A stretch of DNA of 63,524 nucleotides, counting the filler, from Folioceros fuciformis (Eukaryota): assembly GCA_049999805.1 (NCBI GenBank). It is 11 parts of 11 records of this genome, joined end to end, with 100 filler letters (N's around TTAATTAATTAA, not from the genome) between each part and the next. Parts side by side here need not be neighbours in the genome. Positions count along the whole stretch, not along the records: positions 1 to 13,616 come from JBNGIO010002654.1; positions 13,717 to 16,898 come from JBNGIO010002656.1; positions 16,999 to 22,783 come from JBNGIO010002657.1; positions 22,884 to 36,009 come from JBNGIO010002658.1; 7 more parts are not named here. The stretch is one strand, 5' to 3'. Positions 13,448 to 25,117 of the stretch are shown here, one piece after another. A program made the position numbers and the translations under genes. A model generated the notes under the pieces. It saw nothing but the letters and a program-made list of their open reading frames with translations. It was not told the origin of the DNA and ran no database searches. Every line of letters begins with the position of its first letter. Position 1 is the stretch's first letter.

Positions 13448-13616
13448 GCATCGTGTGTTGGCCCGTAACAACGGGGAGGCATTGTGTGTTGGCCCGTAAC
13501 AACGGGGAGGCATTGTGTGTTGGCCCGTAACAACGGGGAGGCATTGTGTGTTGGCCCGTAACAACGGGGAGGCATTGTGTGTTGGCCCGTAACAACGGGG
13601 AGGCATTGTGTGTTGG
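13448..13616. repeat. 31-bp minisatellite, at least 5.5 copies, running into the contig end
   Basis: Unit gcattgtgtgttggcccgtaacaacggggag at 13448, 13479, 13510, 13541, 13572 and 13603, with no spacers. Confidence 0.95.
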
Positions 13617-13716
13617 NNNNNNNNNNNNNNNNNNNNNNNNNNNNNNNNNNNNNNNNNNNNTTAATTAATTAANNNNNNNNNNNNNNNNNNNNNNNNNNNN
13701 NNNNNNNNNNNNNNNN
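13617..13716. other. Artificial scaffold linker N44-TTAATTAATTAA-N44 (first of ten)
   Basis: The same 100-bp linker occurs at 16899, 22784, 36010, 40141, 43059, 44360, 47366, 50602 and 60271. The core has stops in all six frames. Confidence 0.97.
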
Positions 13717-14272
13717 TCGTTGAGACATTGGGTTTCGTTCCCACGAAGGAGCGATGGGGTTCCTTGCTGCTGTGGATGGAGGGTCGGACTCAATTGACTC
13801 GATGATGGATTCGAGGGCTCCCCTCCAGCTCCGATCAAGCGTAGGACAGGCCTTGCTGTCCAGCAGTCAGCTGCACCTCTCTTGGTGCCCACAAACTCAC
13901 TCCAATCACTACAACGACCCTAACCTCTCAGATTTGCGACTTCCCTCACTCACTTCACTCACTCTCTCACTCCAGCACCAACACCAACAACTAACAACGA
14001 CACCACTACCTCCTACACTTCCCTATTGACTCCTCCTACCCGGCAAGAGTCACTAGACTAACCCCAAAGAAGAGAAAGAAGGGAACACACTCCCCCCACA
14101 CCCCCTCGGATATCTCCTCCCCACAACCTTACCAGACGCCATGAAACATGGCCAGCCTACATCACTTATCCAAACGGGGAACAAGAGTGGACAGGTCGAG
14201 AGAAAGACACATCCTTTACAATCAAGAGCTAGGGGCAAGCCCCTTCACCCTGGTCATTACACCTTGTGATCC
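13717..14272 (-). repeat. Dispersed repeat, LINE 5'/ORF1-region copy A
   Basis: Colinear with 42020-42568 and 61910-62467. It stops abruptly at ...accttgtgatcct, where an LTR begins. Confidence 0.85.
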
Positions 14273-14660
14273 TTGAAGGATCGAAAAGGGAGCCACATGA
14301 TGAAGGAGAAGAGGAGGGGAGAGGAGAGGAAGAGAGGAGGAGAGGAGAAAGAGAGGTCTCACAGTGTCTCTCACAGCTCTCACAGCTCTCTCTCATCTCC
14401 CTTGCAAAGGGAGCTCAAGAGGGTATTTATACCCTCTAGAAAAGCTCCCACGGAAGCTTCACAAGAAGCTCAAAGGAAGATATGCAGGAAGCTTCCTAAA
14501 AATTACCTTAAGCTAATCTAAACTAATGATACTTAATTAGACACTAATCTTAGGCTAATCACATTAGTTTAATTAGACTAATCACATTGGTTTAATTAGA
14601 CTAATCACATTGGTTTAATTAGACTAATCACATTAGTTTAAATACATTGGGCTTTAATAG
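14273..14660 (-). mobile_element. LTR related to the copia 3' LTR at 55243-55541, with an internal 23-bp tandem expansion
   Basis: The reverse complement shares aaagcccaatg, ttagtttagattagcttaag, caggaagctt, tctagagggtat and ttgagctccct with 55243-55541. It ends in CA. About 4 copies of tagactaatcacattggtttaat. Confidence 0.75.
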
Positions 14661-14661
14661 G

Positions 14662-16636
14662 CCTATGGCCCGGTACCGGACCTAAACTTTCCCAGGTTTT
14701 GGACCAAACCTATACCCACTCTAATAACCAAACCAACTATTTCCTGGTCAATTAACCAATTAACACAAAGAAAAATAGAAGAAATGACCAGAAAATAAAG
14801 GAAAATTAGGGAAAAGAAGTAGAAAAAGAAAACCAAACCATACCACTATGAACCCCTTTTCAAAACCAAAACAAACCACTACCCCAAACTTTGGAGGTTC
14901 ACATCTGGAAGCCAGTAGGAGGTTCATTCAAGTTCTGGCCGATCACCCCAGCAACGAACTGCTAGCAAATTAGGCTACGGGCGGGCAGCTTGACAGCCCT
15001 GCATAGCAGGAAGCCGGCAGGGTGCATGGCAGACGGATCGAGCTGTGTCGAGGTGGGTTGATGGTGGGCTGCGGGCTGGATCCAACAGACCGACTGGTCG
15101 AGGGGATCTGGGGAGGCGACCCGACTTGTCGATGGCGGCTGGGTCCAGGCCATCACCGAGCGATCTGATCGGGCTGCACAAGCCGCCGAGATGGATCAGA
15201 GCAGGTCGGCCACAGGTGCAAGGGGTAGGCGACACGGCACGTCATAATGTTGGCACCCAGACCGGCCCGGCATGGGCCAGCCCAGCCGCATTGGCCAGGC
15301 AGGCCGCATTGGCAGTAGGACGGTCGGAACCGCAGCTGCAGCAGCTTGGGAGCCGGATCTGGGTTGAGGTCCCGACGGGACCCAGGGTGGGCCAGCTTGG
15401 GGCTTGGCGATCTTGATGGCAAGGCGGGGAGCCGGGAGTAAGCCAGGGGTTCCTGGCCGAGGAGCAGCCTGGCCGGCAGCCGGGTCGGCCCAGCTGCAAG
15501 CAGACCGCTTGGGGCTCAAAGGAGTAGCTAGCCGGTAGGCCGGCTGAACAATTTGGGGGAAACGATCGGGCTGTAGGCAGGCAGGCCAGCGGGCCGGCTA
15601 CCTAAGCGGACTAGGCATGGCGGCTGGCTAGGTCGGGCCGCTAGCAGGAAGGAGCCTGGTTTGCTAGGGAACTGGCGGAATGCATGGTAAGCTTTATCGG
15701 GGGTGAAGCGCTTGGCTTGCAGGAACTAGCTAGGGTGGATCCACGGTGGGACGCAGGGTGGTGTGGTCGGATTAGCGGACCCAGCTGCAGGCAACCAGCA
15801 GCGATCAAATAGCAGCTGTTGGCAACCAGCAGCGATCAAATAGCAGCTGTTAGCAACCAGCAGCGATCAAATAGCAGCTGGCACAGCAGCAAGGAACCCC
15901 ATCGCTCCTTCATGGGAACGAAACCCAATGTCTCAACGACAATGGGATAAGTGTGGCCACTAAAGGTGGAACCCATTAGCAATCAGTGCCCGGGGTTTCG
16001 CCTCCACAGCCGGGCAGGCGGATCGAAGTGGATCCATCTGGCTTGGCAGGTGGCCTGGTCGGGACAGGGCAGCATCGAATCCGACCAACCAAGCAAGCCG
16101 GAGCAGATTAGGCAAGGTGTTCCTGCCGGGGGCTGGGTCGCCAAGCGAGAGGAGGCCGGCTGCGTGGGAGGATATCTAGGCAGGCAGCCCGGATCGAGGC
16201 CGAACCCTGGTTGGCGTAGATAAGGCTGATGGCTTGCAGCAGGAAGCCTGTCCGGATCGGCAGGCCGGGCTACAGGTAGGCGTTGCCAGGAGCGAACCCA
16301 TGCAGGCTGACGGCTGGATCCAGCAGGCCAGAGCGGATCAGGCGGGGCGTGCGCCGCTAGAGACAGGCCAGGCGGGGTGCAGGCGGCCTAGCTGGGTGTG
16401 AACCTCCAAAGTTTGGGGTAGTAGTTTGTTTTGGTTGAAAAAAGGTTAATAGTGGTATGGTTTGGTTTTCTTTTTCTACTTCTTTTTCCTAATTTTTCTT
16501 TATTTTCTAGTCATTTTTCCTATTTTTCTTTGTGCTAATTAGGTTAATTGACTACGAAATAGCTAGTTTGGTTATTAAAGTGGGTACAGGTCTGTCCCAG
16601 ACCTGGGAAAGTTTAGGTCCGGTACCGGGCCATAGG
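14662..16636. mobile_element. Fold-back structure: ~240-bp inverted repeats (14662-14903 / 16397-16636) around a GC-rich non-coding core
   Basis: cctatggcccggtaccggacctaaactttcccagg...ccccaaactttggaggttcaca is mirrored by tgtgaacctccaaagtttgggg...cctgggaaagtttaggtccggtaccgggccatagg. Confidence 0.8.
15791..15880. repeat. 31-bp tandem repeat, 3 copies
   Basis: gcaaccagcagcgatcaaatagcagctgttg at 15791, 15822 and 15853. Confidence 0.9.
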
Positions 16637-17287
16637 GCTGGGAAAGTTTGAGTCTAAGTCTGTGATTAGTTTAATATTAATTAAAGATATATAATATTAA
16701 ATGATTAAATAATAAAATAAAATAATGGTCTGAACATAGGAACGGGAATATGTGGGGTATGTCAGTGTCAGGGGTCAGGGTTTGACGTCAGGCTGGCTGA
16801 TTGCCTGGCTGGCCTGAACGGTCATGGAGGCCGTGCCCTAGCTAGGGCTAGAGGCAGGGGTTGCGGCCGCCCCCATCCCCCTCCCCCTCTCTCCCTTTNN
16901 NNNNNNNNNNNNNNNNNNNNNNNNNNNNNNNNNNNNNNNNNNTTAATTAATTAANNNNNNNNNNNNNNNNNNNNNNNNNNNNNNNNNNNNNNNNNNNNCT
17001 TCTTCTTCTATATATTGTCTTGTGATTTCCTCCATTCCACACCCTACCAACAATCGGTGCCCTCCCTTGCCTCAGGGCCCGCAGTCCTTGTTGCTCGATC
17101 ACTTCCCCCTTTTTGCAGCCCTAGTAGCCCGCATCCCTAGTTCGTAGCACTTAGAGCCCTAGCAACCTCAGCTTCCCCTAGTCCTTGTTTGTCAATGCCT
17201 TTGAACTTTTAATTTTAGGAATACTTTTAATTTTTAGGAATTGTTATAATCAAAGTATTGAGCCAATTGTAAAATATATATATTCTA

Positions 17288-20200
17288 TTGAATAATTAAT
17301 GAAGTATAACAATTAAAATATATATATGTGTCTTAAATAGTAACTACCAAATTAGGGCTATAACTACCATCAATGGGTGCACCCTTTCATAAGGTGCACC
17401 TATATAATAATTAAATTATGAAACGTGCCCTAACCGTAGTTGATATAGACAACATACTAATAAGGACCATTTCAACACTCCCACTTGTTGCTATATCTAC
17501 TAGGCTTTTGTTTGCCTCATGTCGGCGCTTCAACTTCAAGTAATGTCCACACATAAACGATAGGTAGTGCACGAGCTCAGCAGTTATTCTCACACACTCT
17601 TGTCGAAATATGATGGAGTTGCATGTCGTGCCGCCAGCAGTTTGGTTAGTGTATTTCCATTTGTTGGTTTTAAAAATTTCGTGCCAGGTTTCAAGAACAG
17701 CTCACAAGCCAGCAAGTTCTCAACTTTGCGATGGCGCCACATACTGATGTCGGTGGTAACCAGAAACGGAGGCGCACCTACACCAGGGATTCTCGCAGCC
17801 GCTTCATCACTAAGAAAATTAGGGAGCATCATGCTAAGATTGCGAGATCTGCTTCAGCCAGCAAACCAGTACAGCAGCTTCCTCATTTGATTCCAGCAAG
17901 GGCGTCTTCAGCTGTCAACGCAGCAAGCAAGGTTGTGAGGCGCACACTCTGGAGGAAGAAAAAGAAGATGGGGGCGCCAACCAGGAAGACCCCTGCCAGA
18001 GCCGCTACAACACATGTTGTCACTCGGAAGGCCGCTGTGGAGGTGCATTACAAGTATGCCTCCCAAACTAACACGCCTCCTGTGCCAGAATATTTTCCCA
18101 TCGGCGAGTTATGGAAGGAGACGAAGATCTACTCGCTGGGAACAATCTCCAAGCTAGGAACGCCAGTGTGGTATAAGTGCTGGAAGACTAGCCTGAAAAT
18201 GGTGCGCGTAAGGGTCAGAGATAGTAATCAGATCCTCAACCACGTGATCAGCTTCTACAGTAAGCTTGCAAAACTCGAAACCGCTATTTTTCTTGTTCTC
18301 CTACACATTTGCGAATTTTCCTTGCGATTTTGAGTTGTGTGCACGGGGTTCGGTCTCCGGGTTGATTTGCTGCCCCGAAATCTGTTGATTCGCTGCCTCG
18401 AACTCTTCACAATCAGCGGGATGCCATGAAGCTCACAACATCGTTGCTAACCTGCTGACTTCAATCTTACAGTTTTCCTTTTTTTTTGGGGTTGTGCCAA
18501 ACCTCTGCTGAAAGTCCCAAATACTTAATCCTTCATCCTCTATTATCAGGTGCTAATAGTTCATTATGCTGTCCTGCCATCAAATCTTGACATGTACTAA
18601 AAACTCCCACTGTTTGTGTAGGGTCTAAACAGAGAATTGACAAAGAGTAAGGTCTGGACCATGAAGACAGAATTTCATTTGATCCCACTTCATCTGATTC
18701 TAAATCGAAAAGTGAAGATCACGAGACCAATGATATGGTGGACGAGGATGAGGATAGTTGCGAAAATTCGCCAGGATCTCCTCGAGACCATAGTCACTGG
18801 TCAGTCTCTGATTCTCCTAATGAGAGTTTGTAAGGGAGCTAAGATACTCCCCCAGGCCTAGTGCCTAAACATGTTTATTATGCAATTCTTTGCTTAATGG
18901 TTTTGTGAAAATATTAGCTGGATTTTCTCGTGTAGGAACATATTCCAATTTTACCTTTCCAGCTGCAACTAAATTTCTTATAAAATGATATTTCACTTCA
19001 ACATGTTTTGTTCGAGAGTGAAATACTGGATTTTGTACTAAAGCAATTGCTCCTTGATTGTCTGTATGTATTGTTGTGCAAGCTGGAATTAATAAGCTAA
19101 GTTCCTTAAATAATAACTTGCACCATATCACTTATTTGGCAGCTGTTGTAAGCACTCTGTACTCAGCTTTGCTGCTGGGTAAAGCAACTGTAGGTTGCTT
19201 TTTGCTAGACCAACTAATAGGTCCTGCAGCAACACAAACCACATAACCAAAAACTGATTTCCTGGTGTCTACATCTCCTGCATAATCGGAATCTGTAAAA
19301 ACTTCCAAAGTAAGTTTTTCATCATGCTTGCCCTGAAATCGTATGCCTCTGTTAAACCTGCCTTTCAAATATCAAAGTACACGTTTAAAACATGTCCAGT
19401 GTTTTTGTCCTGGATTCTCCAAATACTAAGACAAGACACTGGTTGCATAGGCTATTTCGGGTCTTGTAGTATTAGCAGCATAAATCAACGTACCAATAGC
19501 CTTTCTATAAGGTATCTTAGACATAGCTTTCTTTTCAGTTTGTGTACTATGACTCATACTTTTACTTAACTTAAGTCTTGTTGGTAAAGGAGTAGAAACA
19601 GGCTTGGCATCCTTTAAACGTAATTGTTCTACACTGTCTAAAAGATATCTTGGCTGTGATAAATTTAAAAATCCTTTACTTCTTCTCTCTGTAAATAGAC
19701 ACCTAGACAACTTTGCAAAGGTCCTAAATTTATCATTTTGAATTTAGTAGCTAAGAAATTATTAACTTTACTAATAAAAGCTGTGCTATTGCAAGATAAA
19801 ATCAGGTCATCTACATACAAGGCTAAATAGCAAATAACACGATTTTTGATGAAAATATAAAGACTGCTATGTGCTCGACTCTTTATAAATCCTAATGTAT
19901 GTAGCTCTTCATCTAACACCAAATTCTATTCTCTTGCTAACTGCTTTAGTCCCAGGCAGGAATTTAGTGTCTTGTAAATGGGTGTTTAAGTTGAAAGTTA
20001 AGGCTAATGGCACTTTCGATAGATATAAAGCCAAACTTATTGCCAGAGGTTTTTCTCCAGTACCTGGTTTGGATTATTTTAAGACCTTTGCTCTTGTTGT
20101 GAAGTTTTCTACATTCCGTGTTTTATGTGCTATTTCAGCCTATAAGAACTATGAGCTACAGATGTTGGATGTCAAAACTACTTTCCTTTACGGCAAACTT

Positions 20201-22783
20201 GACAATGATATATATATGCAGCAGCCTCCTGGTTATGAAGTAAAGGGAAAGGAGAAGTTAGTTTGTAAACTTATTAAAACTAACTCCTAAGTGCCATTTT
20301 CAATTAAGGAATCATATTCCGATTTAATGGCAGCTTGCCATTGTTTACTATCAGGTCTACTTGAAGCTTCCTCAAGACATTGAGGTTTAAGAGGAAGGGA
20401 GGTGACAGCCAGAATGTCTGAATAAGACACTCCTACTCTACCTGCTCTAAAATCAAGAGCTTGATAATAATCAGGAGCATGCCGCTCACGGGTTGGATAG
20501 CGACGAGGTGGAGGCTCTGGCTTAGGAGTCACTTGTGGAGGTAAGGTAGAATGCTCTTCAAAAACATTAGCACAATGTCCTCCCCTGCAGGATTAATATT
20601 TTCATCTTGAATTTCTACTAAAGGAAAAGGTAATTGTATAGCCGATTCATGCATTGGTTCAACCATAGAATGTTGTTGGGATTCACTACCCGAAATGGGA
20701 GTACCATAATCTGTCTGATCAAAATGAGAAATTGAAGGAAGGGCTGAATCATCTGCACTCTCCTCTTGAACTAAATTTTCAGTCTCAACTGATCCTTCTA
20801 AACCAAAGGTACTCTCATCAAAAGTAACACTTTTTGCCTAAGAAACTTTATTTTTAACAACATCATATAATGTATAGGCCTTGATGCCTTCTGTATAACC
20901 TAGCATGAGGAGTTTCCTTGACTTATCTGAAAACTTCTTACGCTTCTCTTTGGGTATAAAAGTATAAGCAATACAACCAAAAATCCTTAGGTGCTGAATT
21001 GATGACTTCCGTCCTGTGAAAGCCTCATAAGGTGTCATATTTTCAACAGAATTTGTTGGCAACCTATTTCTGAGGTAAGTGGCTGTCATTAATGCTTCTG
21101 CCCAATATGGTAAAGGGAGCTGAGCTTGATGAAGCAAACATGTTATTTCTTACAGAGTTAAGTTTAAGCGCTCTGCAACTCCATTCTATTTAGGAGTGTA
21201 AACCACTATCAATTGTCTCCCAATACCAATGTCTACACAATAATCCTGGAAAGCATGGGAGGTAAATTCTCCTCCATTATCTGATCTCAATGTCTTCAAT
21301 TGTTTTCCAGTCTACCTTTCAGATTGTTTCACATAGTCCTTAAAATAAGAAAAACACTCACTTTTATTTTTCAAAATATATGAAGTGACAAATATGGTTT
21401 TATCATCTGTAAAGGTTAAGAAATATTTTCCACCACCTATGGACTCTTGAGAAAGAGGCCCACATAGATCTGTGTGTACAAGCTCCAATATTTCATGTGC
21501 TCTACGGGGAGTCAAATTTTTGAAAGCAGCTTAATGTCGCTTGTAAAGAACACAAGATTCACAAAGTGGCAAGCTGGGTAAAGGACCAATTTTTCCATCT
21601 TGATAAAAATCACTAATAGCTAATTTTTGCAATTTAGTATTATGTGGGTGTCCCAATCTAGCATGCCATAACTTTGACTTATCTATTTGTTGGTCAGAAA
21701 TTGACAAGGCATGTTGTGTTAAATTAGACTCTTTAGGAGCTTGTTTTGTATGTAAAAGGTACAAACCTTCTGTAGAGGATCCAAAACCAATTATTTTCTT
21801 ATAATCAAGTGCATCTATCAACTGGCATTCTGCTTGTGTAAACAAAACATGACAATTATTATCTGCACTTAACTTCTTAACAGATATCAAATTCCTAGTC
21901 ATGTCTGGCACATGATAAACTTCATTGAGAAGCAAAAACAGCCCCAGAAGGTAATGACAATTTGATTGTGCCTTTGCCAGGTGTAACAAGAGATCTATCA
22001 TCTCCAAGGTAGACATACTCATCTGAAACTGACCAGTATGTTGTGAATGCACTTTTATCAAAACCCACATGTACTGTAGCGCCTGTATCTAAATACCATT
22101 CACTAGAATGATGGGTGAATGAATGTGCTGATAGGCTAATGGGCTGGACTGGTGAGATAAGAACATTCTTCCTTGTCAAAACTGTAAGAATAGAAGGAGT
22201 AGGCTGTTCCTTCACCACCACCTGACTGGATGCACCAACTGAAGAGTCCTTCCGATTCTCAACGGCTTGCTTCTTCCTACAGTCACGTGGCCAATGACCA
22301 GGTATTCCTCAATAGTTGCAATTACCTGGTCTCTTTGCTTTCTGATTATTCTGGTTATTTGGCTTCTGCTGCAAACTTCCAAATTTTGAAGTTCCCTTGT
22401 TTGTAGAACTTGAACCACGAAAGCTTGAATGTTTCTCAATTGAATCTCTCTCTTTCATCTTGTAGTTTTAAAAATTGCGCATAGCTGACATAACGCTCAC
22501 CACATTTCTGGCTCAATACAGGTCCTCCAAACGAATCCAAATTTCTGCTGCTGACTTAGCCCCTCCAATCTGCCGTAACATATTTGATGTTAGGCCACTG
22601 CGAATAAGGTACATCATTTTTTATTGACCATGCTTCAGCTGCTTCAGGATCATCATCATCTGGCCGCTCCTCATCACCCTTTGTGATTTTCCAGAGTCGC
22701 CAGTTTTGGAATCTCCTTGCATTCTTAATACCCAGATATCGTAGTCAGTTCCATTGAAACGATTCTTCTCCTTAAAACCATCA
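17288..22783 (-). mobile_element. Degenerate Ty1/copia element with an inverted RT segment and a long 3' extension
   Basis: gag start (RFNGTDYDIW), zinc knuckle (GHWPRDC), protease WYLDTGATVHV, LWHARLGHP, LELVHTDLCGP, YVDD, and RNase H (FTDSDYAGD...HSRTKHVEVKYHF). PPT aagtgggag plus tgttgaa LTR start at 17477. The left LTR boundary is approximate. Confidence 0.9.
17731..18333 (+). CDS. Hypothetical basic 200-aa ORF, antisense within the copia 3' extension
   Basis: ATG-initiated, K/R-rich open frame between RNase H and the PPT. No recognised domain. Confidence 0.3.
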   Translation: MAPHTDVGGNQKRRRTYTRDSRSRFITKKIREHHAKIARSASASKPVQQLPHLIPARASSAVNAASKVVRRTLWRKKKKMGAPTRKTPARAATTHVVTRKAAVEVHYKYASQTNTPPVPEYFPIGELWKETKIYSLGTISKLGTPVWYKCWKTSLKMVRVRVRDSNQILNHVISFYSKLAKLETAIFLVLLHICEFSLRF

Positions 22784-22883
22784 NNNNNNNNNNNNNNNNN
22801 NNNNNNNNNNNNNNNNNNNNNNNNNNNTTAATTAATTAANNNNNNNNNNNNNNNNNNNNNNNNNNNNNNNNNNNNNNNNNNNN

Positions 22884-23990
22884 TGCTTGATTTGAGGCAA
22901 ATTCTCCAGCAATTTCAGAGGGACAGCCGCAGGGTGGGGCGCCTGGACATGAGGATGTTGCCTGGCGTCTCAGATTTGGCTTGGATTGTCATACGGAAGG
23001 AGAAATTATCAGCAGATCTTCATCGCTTTCTCCCCATGCACCTAAATTCGGTGTTTGTTCTCTTGCAGGTCCTTCACGTGGTTGTGCGCCGTCCTTTATG
23101 TACTCGTGGAGAGCTTGCACGACGTGCCGAACTCAAGCTGGATTGAGAGACGAGGAGATCTTCAGTTCCATTTCTCCTCCTTCGAGCACTTGATCTTCTC
23201 TGTTGCCGACTAGAGAAAGGTCTAGAGTGGCTTGACGTCAATTCGATGTTGCCAGGGTGTTGAGCTTCCGGTGGTGTCCAGCCTTGTTCTAGCAACGTTT
23301 GGAAGAGATTGTCCAGCCAGCCGTCGCGGAGAGAACGTTGTGGTCTGGGTGAGGAAGATCGTGCAATCCTCCTTTCATTGCTGCAGCGATTTGAGCGTCC
23401 ACGGGCTCGATCTCGATCTTCAACACTTCGTCTTGCTGAAGATTGAAAGCGGCGATGATTCCTTGCCATTTTGCAATTGAGGATCTAGTGTAGAGGGGAA
23501 GACTAGCAAAGGATGACTTGAGTAGAAAGTGATATAAGGAAAGGAAGCTTTTAGGGCTCCTTGTTCCCAACTTTCCCTTATAAAAGCCATTTGCCTATAC
23601 CCCTCTAGATCCCATTCAAAAGAGATAGGAAGGTAGTCATATATAAACAAACGAGAACTTGTTTCTAACGTTTGCATATTGACTAAACATTAATTCACAC
23701 ATCTAAATGTATGAACTAATCCATGATTTAAACATTATGCCTAGAACCATGGAGATGAATCTAGAGCCTAATGCTCTGATACCAAATTGGAAGACTACAT
23801 GCGGAAGCGTGTCTTCATAACAAAAAATAAATTCAGAATAAAAATTACAAATAGTTGTCCTTTTATAGGTTTCACCCCAAAGGGTGTGACCTTTCGCTAG
23901 CCTAGCCAACTAACCTAGCCCTTAGGTAGATAAGCTAACATAACCTATGGTTACATAACTCTAGTGGACTGCTACTCCTTCTAACTGTCA
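22884..23990 (-). mobile_element. 5' end of an LTR retroelement (PBS plus putative LTR)
   Basis: Perfect tRNA-iMet PBS (tggtatcagagc on the minus strand) at 23773-23784. Putative LTR is about 23787-23990. The downstream R/S-rich ORF 23074-23469 is not recognisably gag. Confidence 0.6.
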
Positions 23991-23994
23991 GGTG

Positions 23995-25117
23995 ATCAAG
24001 CCGCAGAAGAGCCTCTTCAAAAAAAGTGGGTCAGAATGCATGGCAGGGAGTTGGGAGGCAGCGCGTGAAGGAAGATCGACGGGAAGGTGAGGTCGTCAAC
24101 TGTGTAGGGTGTCAGCAGACTTGTGGTGGTTGGAGGTTAACCCGTGAAGGTGCGCCTGTCGGCTGTAGGTGCAGCAGGACACGACACAGCACCCGTGGCG
24201 CACTGCTTCGTGACCTCCGCCCTTGTGCAGGGCGCATCGAGAACGAGGCGCTAGGGCTCAACGGGCGCGGAAGACACGCAAGCACTAGGCGCGCCTGTTC
24301 TACGAGGCTGATGGTGACGGTTGAGATTTGGACTTCTCACAAACGGGAGCCATAGCCTGGATCAGATCTGCAGCTGAGGCATATGGAAGGGAAGTTGATG
24401 CCAATTGCCGTTGCAGTGTGGCCACCAAGTCCGTAAGATTCCGCACGTCCTCAATTAAAAAAAGTCTCTCCTTGTCGAGAAAGAGCCGTCAGCAAAGCAG
24501 CTTTAGTGGTCGACAACCTGTCGTTGAGCACTCTATAGGCTCCCACAATCTCAAGTAAATCAATGGCGCGAAATCTGAAGGTATCCCGTAATTTCTCTTC
24601 TGGATGCCGCTCGATGTGAACACGATTGGGTGTCCGAGAGAAAGGTAATGCGTAAGGAATATTCTCATGTCCAGCTCTGTAATCTCTCACAGTTCTGGAG
24701 ACCTCCTCACGCCTGTTGTGGTGCCAATTGCAGGGTGCGGGAATTGGATGCTCGACACGAGGTCGTCCTTGTCGAGTCATTTTTCCTCGTTAGAGTATCT
24801 GAATCTGCTGCCTCGAAGCAGCCAGATGCGTACAGTGGAAGTTTGTCTTTTTTTTTTTTTGCATGCATCTACAGCATTAGGCTATTATGATAGTAAGTAT
24901 AGACAAGTAGAATCGTGTATCAAAGCAACCTTGCTCTGATACCATGTGAACAACATCAAGGCTGTGTAGGCACACATAAGACGTTGCCAGTGTAAAGATT
25001 CAATTAATTAAGCACTATGTGTTCTTATATACAAAATAATAAAGAGTTATGTCTCTTCACAAAACCTAAAGTCTAAGCGGCTAATAGTGAATACGTTTAC
25101 TATACATATCCCTAACG
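23995..25117 (-). mobile_element. 5' end of a second LTR retroelement (PBS plus LTR)
   Basis: PBS at 24933-24944 directly abuts tgtgaac (LTR end ...CA on the minus strand). LTR is about 24945-25117. Confidence 0.6.

Noticed and set aside
13448-13616. 31-bp repeats resembling a CRISPR array (likewise the 40-bp array at 49871 and the 30-bp array at 46280)
   Set aside because: Units are head-to-tail with no unique spacers, there are no cas genes, and the context is eukaryotic. These are minisatellites.
14962-16223. Multiple overlapping ORFs in the fold-back core
   Set aside because: Expected in high-GC sequence; no domain signal.
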